Assembly: GCA_049522055.1 (NCBI GenBank)
Contig: JBEKOF010000001.1
Location: forward strand, 1-46,685
From: Verrucomicrobiota bacterium
Lineage (GTDB): Bacteria > Verrucomicrobiota > Verrucomicrobiia > Limisphaerales > Palsa-1400
Length of the DNA stretch: 46,685 bases
Direction: 5' to 3'
The translations under genes were made by a program, and so were the position numbers. The notes below the pieces were generated by a model that had not been told where the DNA came from, did not search any database, and worked only from the letters and a program-made list of their open reading frames with translations. How positions within the stretch are numbered: position 1 is the stretch's first letter; each line of letters opens with the position of its first letter. Below, one piece after another: positions 17,250-25,089 of this stretch.

Positions 17250-18154
17250 GGTTTGACAGCGGCCAAAGTGCCCGCGGCCACGAAAATTTCCTCCAAGGTG
17301 AGGGAGTCGCAACGCAATTCCTCGGGGTGGCAGGCTTGGAGTTTTTCCAGCAAGGACTCGCGATTGCCGTCGGCCAGAATCTCCAGGTCACGCCCGGACT
17401 GGCGGACGTGGAGCGCGCCGGGGAGGTTGAGGTTGACGGGTGGCTGGGCAAAGGTGGCGCGGATTTTTTGAAACCGGTCGCGCGCCTCGTCGGCCAGGAG
17501 GGTGAGCAGTTCGCGCCCCTGCTCGATGATGGTGAACTGGTCAATCAGGCCTTCAAATTCGGCGATGAGGTGGGTGGAGACAAAGACGGTGCGGTGTTCG
17601 GGATCGGCGGCGTGATAGGCGCCGATGACGGTCTGGATGAATTCGCGGCGCACGATGGGGTCCAGCCCGGAGGTGGGTTCGTCCAGCACGAGCAACTCCG
17701 GTTCAGGACAGACGGCGCCGACCAGGGCGAGTTGGGTTTTCTGGCCTTTGGAGAGATGGCTGGTTTTTTGGCGGGGGTCGAGTTGGAAGCGGTTGAGCAA
17801 GGCGGCCTCCATTTCGCGATTCCAGCGGGGCCGGAAGGCGGCGATGAAGCGCAGGGTCTCATCCACGGTCATCCAGGGGTAGAAGGCCACACTGTCGGGC
17901 ACGTAAGAGAGGCGGGATTTGACGGCGACTTCGCGGCGCTGCGGGTCCAGGCCGAAGACCCGCGCGGCGCCGGAGGTGGGCTGCAACAAATTGAGGAGGC
18001 ACTTGATGGTGGTGGTTTTTCCGGCGCCGTTGCGGCCGAAGAACCCGTAACAGCGGCCCGGCCGCACGGTGATGTTGAGGCCGTTGACGGCTTCGAGGGC
18101 GCCGTAGCGGCGGCTGAGGTTTTTGATTTCGATGACGGGCGAATCCATGTTCAT
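17246..18154 (-). CDS. ABC transporter ATP-binding protein
   Basis: Walker A GRNGAGKTT, signature LSKGQKTQL, Walker B LLVLDEPTSGLD, H-loop VSTHL. Start taken at ATG 18154 (MNMDSPVIEIKNL). Confidence 0.9.
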   Translation of the reverse strand: MNMDSPVIEIKNLSRRYGALEAVNGLNITVRPGRCYGFFGRNGAGKTTTIKCLLNLLQPTSGAARVFGLDPQRREVAVKSRLSYVPDSVAFYPWMTVDETLRFIAAFRPRWNREMEAALLNRFQLDPRQKTSHLSKGQKTQLALVGAVCPEPELLVLDEPTSGLDPIVRREFIQTVIGAYHAADPEHRTVFVSTHLIAEFEGLIDQFTIIEQGRELLTLLADEARDRFQKIRATFAQPPVNLNLPGALHVRQSGRDLEILADGNRESLLEKLQACHPEELRCDSLTLEEIFVAAGTLAAVKP

Positions 18155-18170
18155 AGGGTCTGTTTCCTTT

Positions 18171-18578
18171 TCATTTGCCGTCCTTGAGGGCGGAGGCTTT
18201 GCTTTCAAAAAAATCGAGGCGCTCCCGGACCAGGGCCAGGAACTTGTCGCGATCCACGCGCAGGTGATGGGCCAGGACGACGGCTTCATCAATCTCGGTG
18301 AGAAGGAGCCGCTGGCGGGTCTGCTGGGTGAGCGGGGAATGGTTGTGGGTGAGGATGAAGCCTTTGCCGGGGAGGGTTTCGATGAGGCCCTGGCTCTCCA
18401 ACTCGGCGTAGGCTTTGGCGATGGTATTGCGGTTGATGCGCAATTCCTCGGCGAGGGGGCGGAGGGAGGGAAGAGGCTCGCCGGGCCGGAGGCGGCCGGA
18501 AGCGGCGGCGTGGCGGATTTGATCGGCCAGTTGCAGGTAAACCGGCTTGCCGGCCTGGAAATCGACTTGGAAGATCAT
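18171..18578 (-). CDS. GntR-family (YtrA-like short form) transcriptional regulator
   Basis: MIFQVDFQAGKPVYLQLADQIRHAAASGRLRPGEPLPSLRPLAEELRINRNTIAKAYAELESQGLIETLPGKGFIL is a GntR winged HTH followed by a short helical tail, and it sits first in the operon with the ABC genes. Confidence 0.85.
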   Translation of the reverse strand: MIFQVDFQAGKPVYLQLADQIRHAAASGRLRPGEPLPSLRPLAEELRINRNTIAKAYAELESQGLIETLPGKGFILTHNHSPLTQQTRQRLLLTEIDEAVVLAHHLRVDRDKFLALVRERLDFFESKASALKDGK

Positions 18579-18598
18579 AGTTTGTTCACTGTTATACA

Positions 18599-18627
18599 AC
18601 ACTATGACAGTTGGCGGGGCTTGTCAA
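18599..18627 (-). promoter_or_regulatory. candidate promoter TTGACA-N17-TAGTGT overlapped by an imperfect inverted repeat (possible autoregulatory operator)
   Basis: Minus strand reads cTTGACAagccccgccaactgtcaTAGTGTtgtataacagtg. The arms aACTGTcA..TaACAGTg flank and overlap the -10 element, just upstream of the regulator ATG at 18578. Confidence 0.4.
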
Positions 18628-18668
18628 GCGGGAAAAACGCATTAAACTAGGAACATGGAAATAATGCC

Positions 18669-19568
18669 ATGAGCGTGCTGATTGTGGGATCTACCGCGCT
18701 GGACTCGATCAAGACGCCGCGCGGGGAGAATCCGCGGTTGCTGGGCGGATCGGCCAGCCACGCGGCGGTGGCGGCCAGCTTTTTCGCGCCGACGCGCCTG
18801 GTCGGAATCGTGGGGGATGATTTTCCGGCGAGCCACCTCAAACTCTATCGGAAGCATGGAATTGACCTGGAGGGATTGCAGAGGGCGCCGGGCAAGACGT
18901 TTCACTGGTCGGGCGAATATGAAGTCAATCTGAACAACCGGCGGACGCTGGCGACGGAGCTGGGGGTGTTCGCGACGTTCACGCCGCGGCTGCCGGAATC
19001 GTACCGGAACAGTCCATTTGTGCTGCTGGCCAACATCGCGCCCTCCTTGCAGGGGCATGTCTTGAACCAGATGCGCCGCCCGAAATACGTGGTGGCGGAC
19101 ACGATGGATTTGTGGCTGAACATCGCGATGGACGACCTGCTGAAGCTGCTCAAGCGGGTGGACGGTTTTGTGCTCAACGAGAGCGAAGCGCGGCAGTTGA
19201 CGCAGGAGGACAACCTGGTGAGGGCGGCCAAGAAGATCCACAAGCTTGGCCCCAGGCATGTGATTGTCAAGAAGGGCGAGCATGGGGCGATTCTTTCGGC
19301 GGGGGGCAAACTTTTTGTCGCGCCGGCCTATCCGCTGGGCCGGGTGGTGGATCCGACGGGGGCGGGGGACACGTTCGCCGGGGGAATGATGGGTTATCTG
19401 GCAAGCGCGCGCGGACCGGTGGAGGGGAATCTGCGCCGGGCGATGATTTACGGGAGCGTGGCGGCGTCTTTTTGTTGCGAGGGTTTTGGGCTAACGTCCA
19501 CGACGCGGACGAGCCGCGCGGCCATCGAAAAGCGGGTGGAGGCGCTGGAATTGTTGACCCGGTTTTGA
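18669..19568 (+). CDS. PfkB-family carbohydrate/nucleoside kinase
   Basis: 299 aa with N-terminal GSTALDSI, GGSASHAA and the C-terminal DPTGAGDTFAGGMMGYL ribokinase-family signature. Confidence 0.85.
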   Translation: MSVLIVGSTALDSIKTPRGENPRLLGGSASHAAVAASFFAPTRLVGIVGDDFPASHLKLYRKHGIDLEGLQRAPGKTFHWSGEYEVNLNNRRTLATELGVFATFTPRLPESYRNSPFVLLANIAPSLQGHVLNQMRRPKYVVADTMDLWLNIAMDDLLKLLKRVDGFVLNESEARQLTQEDNLVRAAKKIHKLGPRHVIVKKGEHGAILSAGGKLFVAPAYPLGRVVDPTGAGDTFAGGMMGYLASARGPVEGNLRRAMIYGSVAASFCCEGFGLTSTTRTSRAAIEKRVEALELLTRF

Positions 19569-19648
19569 AAGCGAGAGTTCAGGGGGGGCAGACGGACCGC
19601 CAATCCCCGACCGCGGCCGCCCATCCGCCGCCAGACGGGGAGGCGGTC

Positions 19649-21265
19649 TTATTGCGGATTCTCAAGCCAATAGGCCCTGTATCTTGGCGGGACGACTTGG
19701 TTGAAGTTGGTTCCGAACCGGGAATTGGAAGTTTCGCCCCTGCGGCCGGATTCCTGAGTGTCGCTGAAGTGATAAAGGCCGGCGGGGTCCCTCCAAATCT
19801 CCACCACGTTGACGCCGCGGAGGGCGGTGAGCGGGAACAAAGTGCGTTCAAAGTTCAGTTTGCGCGCGCTCTCCATTTGCGCGGGATCCAGAACCCCCCC
19901 CAGCTCTTTCCACATTTGCTCTTCGAGTTTTTGGAAGGCAGCGGTATCGGCCTCTCCGAGGGGTCTGAAGGTGACATGCACGTGGCCGGCGGCATCCACG
20001 GAACGGTCGGCATAAGGGCGTTCGATCTGAAGATAGTCCCGGTCGGTGGTGCGAAAAATGGTGTTGACCACCTGGATTTGGTCGGAGGTGAGATTTAAAT
20101 TGGTAATGGCGCGCTGGTTGACGGCCAGCCCCTCCGGAGTGTTGGTAAAAAGAGGGAGGCGGTTGAAAGCGTTGGTCACCGTGACGGTATTGGTGATGAT
20201 CCTGGGGTTGGCCAGGCTGTGAAAAAGGGCGTAAGCCAGGACGACGACCAAGGCGAGGGCGCCGACGATTCCGGCTTTAAGAAAGGAGGTCATTTTGGCG
20301 GAGCGGGCGGTGGCCATGGCCGGGGCGGAAAAGGTTTCGACTTCGCTGAGGATTTCGCCGGCTTGCTGGTAGCGGAGGAGGGGTTCCTTCTCCAAGGCGC
20401 GCAAGACCACGCGGTCCAGACGGATGTCGGTATGGGCCTTTTGCGATGGGAGGGGGAACCGGCCGAGGGGGAGTTCGCCGGTGAGCATTTCGTAAAAAAT
20501 GACGCCCAGGGAATAGAGGTCCGCGCGGCTGTCCACCTCGGCGGGCCGTTCGATCTGTTCGGGGGCCATGTATTGGGGCGTGCCCATCAGGCCGGTGGTC
20601 TGGGTGAGCTGGGCCATGCGCTGGCCATTGGAGCCGGCGAGCTTGGCCAAACCGAAATCGGCCATTTTGACGCGGCCCTTTTTGTCAATTAGAATGTTCG
20701 CCGGCTTGATGTCGCGGTGAATGATGCCTTCGTCATGGGCGAATTGGAGGGCGCGGCAAATCTCCTTGACGATGCGCTCGGCTTCGGGCGGGGAGATTTC
20801 CTTCCGGTGGATCAGGGTGTGGAGGTCCTCGCCATCCACATATTCCATGAGGAAATAATAGTAGGGGCCGGCGCGGCCGAAATCATAGACGGAGACGATG
20901 TTGGTGTGGTGGAGGCGGGCCAGGGCCTTGGCTTCGCGGGAGAAGCGTTCGGCGAAGGCGGGCTGGGAACTGAGTTCCGGGGAGAGGATTTTCAGGGCGA
21001 CGAGACGATCCAGGTTGAGCTGGCGGGCCTTGTAAACCATGCCCATGCCGCCATAGCCGAGGAGTTCGTAGATTTCCAGTTGGGGAAAGAATTCCGCGAT
21101 CTGGGCGGCGGAGGGCGGCAAACCGGAGGCCGGGACGGGCGGTGTGGGCAGGGAAGCAATGCCGGTGGGAGTCTGCTGGCATTTTGGGCAAAGTTTTCCC
21201 GGCACGTCGGCGGGGAGCGGCGTGTGGCACTGGGCGCAGAGTCGCATGGTGTCCATGTTCAGCAC
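19649..21265 (-). CDS. Ser/Thr protein kinase with N-terminal zinc-ribbon, TM segment and extracytoplasmic domain
   Basis: CAQCHTPL..CPKCQ, then GMVYKARQ..VALKIL, HRDIKPANILI, DFGLAK, GTPQYMAPEQ, then TM segment AGIVGALALVVVLAYALF and a roughly 190-aa C-terminal domain. GTG start at 21265, ATG alternatives at 21256 and 21247. Confidence 0.9.
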   Translation of the reverse strand: MLNMDTMRLCAQCHTPLPADVPGKLCPKCQQTPTGIASLPTPPVPASGLPPSAAQIAEFFPQLEIYELLGYGGMGMVYKARQLNLDRLVALKILSPELSSQPAFAERFSREAKALARLHHTNIVSVYDFGRAGPYYYFLMEYVDGEDLHTLIHRKEISPPEAERIVKEICRALQFAHDEGIIHRDIKPANILIDKKGRVKMADFGLAKLAGSNGQRMAQLTQTTGLMGTPQYMAPEQIERPAEVDSRADLYSLGVIFYEMLTGELPLGRFPLPSQKAHTDIRLDRVVLRALEKEPLLRYQQAGEILSEVETFSAPAMATARSAKMTSFLKAGIVGALALVVVLAYALFHSLANPRIITNTVTVTNAFNRLPLFTNTPEGLAVNQRAITNLNLTSDQIQVVNTIFRTTDRDYLQIERPYADRSVDAAGHVHVTFRPLGEADTAAFQKLEEQMWKELGGVLDPAQMESARKLNFERTLFPLTALRGVNVVEIWRDPAGLYHFSDTQESGRRGETSNSRFGTNFNQVVPPRYRAYWLENPQ

Positions 21266-21340
21266 TTCCCCTGTACAGAGGGGGAACCGGGCAAAAGGTT
21301 ACGCCAATCGGGCGACGGGATGGGCGGAGCGGGCGGCGCG

Positions 21341-22258
21341 TCAAATCTGGAAATCCAGTTCGGAGGCGGGGTTGTTTTTGCGGGTGATTTTGACGTCATA
21401 TTTTTCGAAGGTGACGAGCGAGTGGGGGGGGACGCTGTGGGTCAGGAACACGCTGGCGCCAATGGTGCTGCCTTCGCCAATGGTGGTTTCGCCGCCGACA
21501 ATGGTGGCGTTGGCATAAATGGTGACGTGATCCTCGACGGTGGGGTGGCGTTTTTGGCCGCGGAGCAACTGGCCGCCAGCCAGGGACCGGGCGACCAAGC
21601 CGACGCCCTGGTACATTTTGACATGGCGGCCGATGAAGGCGGTTTCGCCCACGACGGTGCCGGTGCCGTGATCTATGAAAAAGTGGGAGCCGATTTGAGC
21701 GCCGGGATGCAAATCCATGCCCGTGCGGCTGTGAGCCCATTCGGTCATAATGCGGGGAATGAGGGGTATTTTTTTTTGGTAGAGTTGGTGGGCCAGACGC
21801 TGGACGGCGATGGCCTCGATGAACGGATAGGCCACGATGACCTCTTCCTTGCTCAAGGCGGCGGGATCGCCCTGGTAAGCGGCTTCGGTGTCGGCATCCA
21901 GGAGATCGCGGATCTGGGGCAGCTTGCTCAAAAAATCGAGGGTGCAGCCGCGGGCCAGGCGGCGCAAATCTTGCGGGGCCGGGGCGTCCGGGGGCGCGTA
22001 TTCGAGGCTTTTGTAGATTTCATCCTCTAATCGTTCCGAGATGGAGTCCATCAAGGCGGCGGTCAAGGCTCTGAGTTCGGAGGCGTGGATGGATTGCTCG
22101 TCGAAGAAGCCGGGGAACAAGAGGCGCAAGAGATCCCCGGCGATGGAGGCGATGGCGCTTTTGGAGGGGAGGTTTTTGCCGTCCACATGGTTGATCCCGC
22201 CCACGCGGGCGTAGGAGGCGATGAGTTGGTCGGTTAATTCGGTGACCGTGTAGTTCAC
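21341..22258 (-). CDS. cysE: serine O-acetyltransferase (long form)
   Basis: AYQGDPAA..EVIVAYPFIEAIAVQRLAHQLY, then GMDLHPGAQIGSHFFIDHGTGTVVGETAFIGRHVKMYQGVGL and hexapeptide repeats TIYANATIVGGETTIGEGSTIGASV. Confidence 0.85.
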   Translation of the reverse strand: MNYTVTELTDQLIASYARVGGINHVDGKNLPSKSAIASIAGDLLRLLFPGFFDEQSIHASELRALTAALMDSISERLEDEIYKSLEYAPPDAPAPQDLRRLARGCTLDFLSKLPQIRDLLDADTEAAYQGDPAALSKEEVIVAYPFIEAIAVQRLAHQLYQKKIPLIPRIMTEWAHSRTGMDLHPGAQIGSHFFIDHGTGTVVGETAFIGRHVKMYQGVGLVARSLAGGQLLRGQKRHPTVEDHVTIYANATIVGGETTIGEGSTIGASVFLTHSVPPHSLVTFEKYDVKITRKNNPASELDFQI

Positions 22259-22316
22259 AGGGGAATTATCAGGCAGGAGCGGGGGAAAGGCAAGCCGGAG
22301 GGGAATGGCGCACTGG

Positions 22317-23453
22317 CTATGTGTCCCGCAAAACGAGCAGGGCGGCCTGGACGACAGCGGCGGGGGAAATGCGGGTCATGCAACGGAAATCTATGGGACA
22401 CTTCCGCAGGAAACAGGGGGAGCAGGGAACGTCGGAGGCGCGGAGAATGTGCGCGCGGGTGGAAATGGGCGGGCGGGTCATTTCGGGCGAGGTGCTGCCG
22501 AAGAGAACAACAACCGGGGTGCCCAGCGCGGCGGCAATGTGCATGGGGCCGGTGTCGTTGGTCAGAAGGAGGCGGCAGATTTTGAGGGCGGCCATGAGTT
22601 CGCGCAAGGTGGTCTTGCCGGCAAGATTGAGAACGGAGGGCGGGCCGGACGGGGACGGCTGGAGCGCGGCGGCGATCCCCGCGGCCAATTGGCAATCGCC
22701 GCCGCCCCCAAAGATCACCCAACGACAGCGGGTTTGCTTTTGCAGGTCCAGGGCGGCGGCGATGAAGCGGTCGGCGGGCCAGCGCTTGGCCGGGCCGTAC
22801 TGGGCCCCCGGGTTCAATCCAAACCACGGACGGTCCTCCGGCAAGGGCGCCATTCCCAAATGGGCGGCGGTTTTTTCGGCGGCTTCCTGACTGAGGGTGA
22901 GGCGCGGGGGCAAGGGGGCGGAAGAGGCGCCAAGAGCCGCGACCAAGCACAGGTAGTTGAGGGTGTGATGGGCGCCGGGCGGGATGGCGGCCGAGGCGCC
23001 GCCGCGCGCGGCCAATTGGCGGACTTGGGCGGCGGGGCGTTTACGCATGGGGAGGGCGCCGGAACGGGGAGGGACGGGGATTGTCAAGAACAAGGATCGC
23101 CAGGGGCCGGCGTAACCGGCGCGGCGGGGGATTCCGGCCAGCCAGAGTTCAAGGGCGGAACGGAGGGAGTTAGGAAAGGCGAGGGCGGCGGAGAATTTTT
23201 TCGCGCGGAGGCGGCGGGCGGTTTGGCAGAGGGTGTCGGAGGGGGAAAAGAGGAGGAGTTCATCCAGGAAGGGCTGGCCGTCCCACAGGCCGGCGAGTTT
23301 TTCGGGGGCCAGAAGGGTGATGCGGGCGGCGGGTTGGGCTTCGCGCAGGCGTTGCAGGGCCGGGGCGCTCATGACGGCGTCGCCCAGCCAGTTGACGCCG
23401 CGCACGAGAATATTTTCGGGGGCGGCGGGAGGATTGGGGGCGGGTGGATTCAT
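22317..23453 (-). CDS. waaF: ADP-heptose:LPS heptosyltransferase (GT9, WaaF-like)
   Basis: ILVRGVNWLGDAVMSAPAL, FPNSLRSAL, LNPGAQYGPAKRWPADRF, NLAGKTTLRELMAAL..LLLTNDTGPMHIAAALGTPVVVLFGSTSP. Start taken at ATG 23453, 15 nt after the lpxK stop. Confidence 0.75.
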   Translation of the reverse strand: MNPPAPNPPAAPENILVRGVNWLGDAVMSAPALQRLREAQPAARITLLAPEKLAGLWDGQPFLDELLLFSPSDTLCQTARRLRAKKFSAALAFPNSLRSALELWLAGIPRRAGYAGPWRSLFLTIPVPPRSGALPMRKRPAAQVRQLAARGGASAAIPPGAHHTLNYLCLVAALGASSAPLPPRLTLSQEAAEKTAAHLGMAPLPEDRPWFGLNPGAQYGPAKRWPADRFIAAALDLQKQTRCRWVIFGGGGDCQLAAGIAAALQPSPSGPPSVLNLAGKTTLRELMAALKICRLLLTNDTGPMHIAAALGTPVVVLFGSTSPEMTRPPISTRAHILRASDVPCSPCFLRKCPIDFRCMTRISPAAVVQAALLVLRDT

Positions 23454-23467
23454 GGGCGGGGCGGGGG

Positions 23468-24652
23468 TCAGCGCAGGCAGATTTTGTGGACGCAATCGGC
23501 GAAGTCCTGGGCGCCGTGGAGGATTTTAATTTCGACGCGGACGAAGCAGATGGGAAGGTCGCGGCGGTCAATCTTGGGAAAGCGGACGGCGTCTTTTTGG
23601 GTGGTGACGATGATTTGGGCCTGGCGTTTTTTGCCGCGGTTAATGACGTTGAGGATTTCCTGCTGGGAGAAGCGGTGGTGGTCGGCGAAGCGCTTGGAAT
23701 AGACCAGTTCGGCGCCGAGGCGGACGAGGCTTTGCTCGAAGCTTTCGGGCTGGGCGATGCCGCTGAGGGAGGCGACGCGTTTGCCTTTGATGAAATCAAG
23801 GTCCTTTTGTTCGCCGGTGAAGACGTCTTCAAAGTAAAGGGGATGATGAACGCACTCGATGATGCCGGCGACGGGGTTGTAGGCGGCGATACGCTGGCGG
23901 AGTTGGGTGGTGTCGCCTTCGCTCTTGGTGATGAAGATGGCGCTGGCGCGGGCGAGATGGGAAGGAGGCTCGCGCAAGGTGCCGCGGGGCAGCATTTGTT
24001 CGTTGCCAAAGGGCTGCTGGCAATCAATGAGGACGATGTCCTGGCGGCGGCCGGCCAGGCGCCAGTATTGAAAGCCATCGTCGAGCAAGAGGGTGTCGCA
24101 GCCGAAATTCTCGATGGCGTAGCGGCCGCTTTTGACGCGGTTTTTGTCCACCAGGACGACGACGTCTTTGAGGTTGGAGGCGAGCATGTAGGGTTCGTCG
24201 CCGGCGGTGTCGGAATCCAAGAGGAGGGATTTGCCGTCGGAGACGACGCGCGGAGGGGTGCTGTCGGCGCGAAAGAGCAGGGCGTTGAGGAGCCACTGGC
24301 TGAAGCGCTGGGGTTTGGAACGGTAGCCGCGGGAAAGGATGGCGACGGTGCGGCCTTGATTCTGGAGTTCGCGGGCGAATTTTTCGACGACGGGGGTCTT
24401 GCCGGTGCCGCCGACGGTGAGGTTGCCGATGGCGATGACTTGAATGCCGAGGGTGGAATCGCGCAGGATGCGGACGCGGATGAGGAAGCGCTGGATGTTG
24501 ACGCCGAGTTGCCAGATTTTGGAGAGGAGGTAGAGGAAAGAGCGGAGGAGGGCGGCGCGTTTGCCGCGGCGCTGCTCAAAGTTGACTTCCAGGCCGAAGG
24601 TGTAGAGGGCGTCCAGTTGAGTGTCCAGCCATGCGCGCAGGGATTCGATCAT
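23468..24652 (-). CDS. lpxK: tetraacyldisaccharide 4'-kinase
   Basis: VIAIGNLTVGGTGKTPVVEKFARELQNQGRTVAILSRGY, DEPYMLA, LLLDDGFQY, PRGTLREP. Start taken at ATG 24652 (MIESLRAW) inside ORF 23468..24832. Confidence 0.9.
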   Translation of the reverse strand: MIESLRAWLDTQLDALYTFGLEVNFEQRRGKRAALLRSFLYLLSKIWQLGVNIQRFLIRVRILRDSTLGIQVIAIGNLTVGGTGKTPVVEKFARELQNQGRTVAILSRGYRSKPQRFSQWLLNALLFRADSTPPRVVSDGKSLLLDSDTAGDEPYMLASNLKDVVVLVDKNRVKSGRYAIENFGCDTLLLDDGFQYWRLAGRRQDIVLIDCQQPFGNEQMLPRGTLREPPSHLARASAIFITKSEGDTTQLRQRIAAYNPVAGIIECVHHPLYFEDVFTGEQKDLDFIKGKRVASLSGIAQPESFEQSLVRLGAELVYSKRFADHHRFSQQEILNVINRGKKRQAQIIVTTQKDAVRFPKIDRRDLPICFVRVEIKILHGAQDFADCVHKICLR

Positions 24653-24777
24653 GTCCGGGGCAGATTGCCAAAGAAAGGGCGGGTTTGCCAGCGCGGAGTT
24701 TTCACGGGGGCGTCTGCCAATTAGAAAAAGGAGGCGCAGGCAAATGAGCCTGGCCCCGAGAATTCCAGCAATAACGC

Positions 24778-25089
24778 TTGTTTCGCTGCGCCGCCTGGGG
24801 TTTTCTTTTTGCGTTGAAACCGGGTCGGACACTTTTGGAAAAGGGCGCGGGAAGCTGCTCGGACGCGGAATTGCTGGCCATTCTGCTCGGCAGCGGCGGA
24901 CGAGGATATTCGGCGCTCGACAGCGCCAATGCGCTCCTCGATCAATACGGCACGCTGGCGGGGCTGATGAATTGTCCGCTGGAGGAAGTCGCGCAAGTCA
25001 AAGGCATTAAAGTGGTGCGCGCGATTCGGCTCGCCGCGGCGTATGAAATCTGCCAAAGATTGCTCAAAGAAGTCGCTCGCGACACCTGA
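24778..25089 (+). CDS. radC: RadC N-terminal helix-hairpin-helix domain only (truncated radC, JAB/MPN domain missing)
   Basis: LLEKGAGSCSDAELLAILLGSGGRGYSALDSANALLDQYGTLAGLMNCPLEEVAQVKGIKVVRAIRLAAAYEICQRLL matches the RadC/YicR N-terminal half. The ORF stops at about 100 aa, where the JAB domain should begin. The start is uncertain (TTG 24778 or TTG 24814). Confidence 0.65.
   Translation: MFRCAAWGFLFALKPGRTLLEKGAGSCSDAELLAILLGSGGRGYSALDSANALLDQYGTLAGLMNCPLEEVAQVKGIKVVRAIRLAAAYEICQRLLKEVARDT

Noticed and set aside
20717-24724. Long + strand ORFs 20717..22030, 22305..23702 and 23444..24724 (426-465 aa)
   Set aside because: They are antisense shadows of the kinase, cysE, waaF and lpxK genes, with Gly/Ala/Asp/Glu-rich low-complexity translations. 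The same reasoning applies to 6..734 (+), 4542..5942 (-), 13407..14465 (+), 15568..16947 (-), 38890..39870 (+) and 45108..46217 (-).
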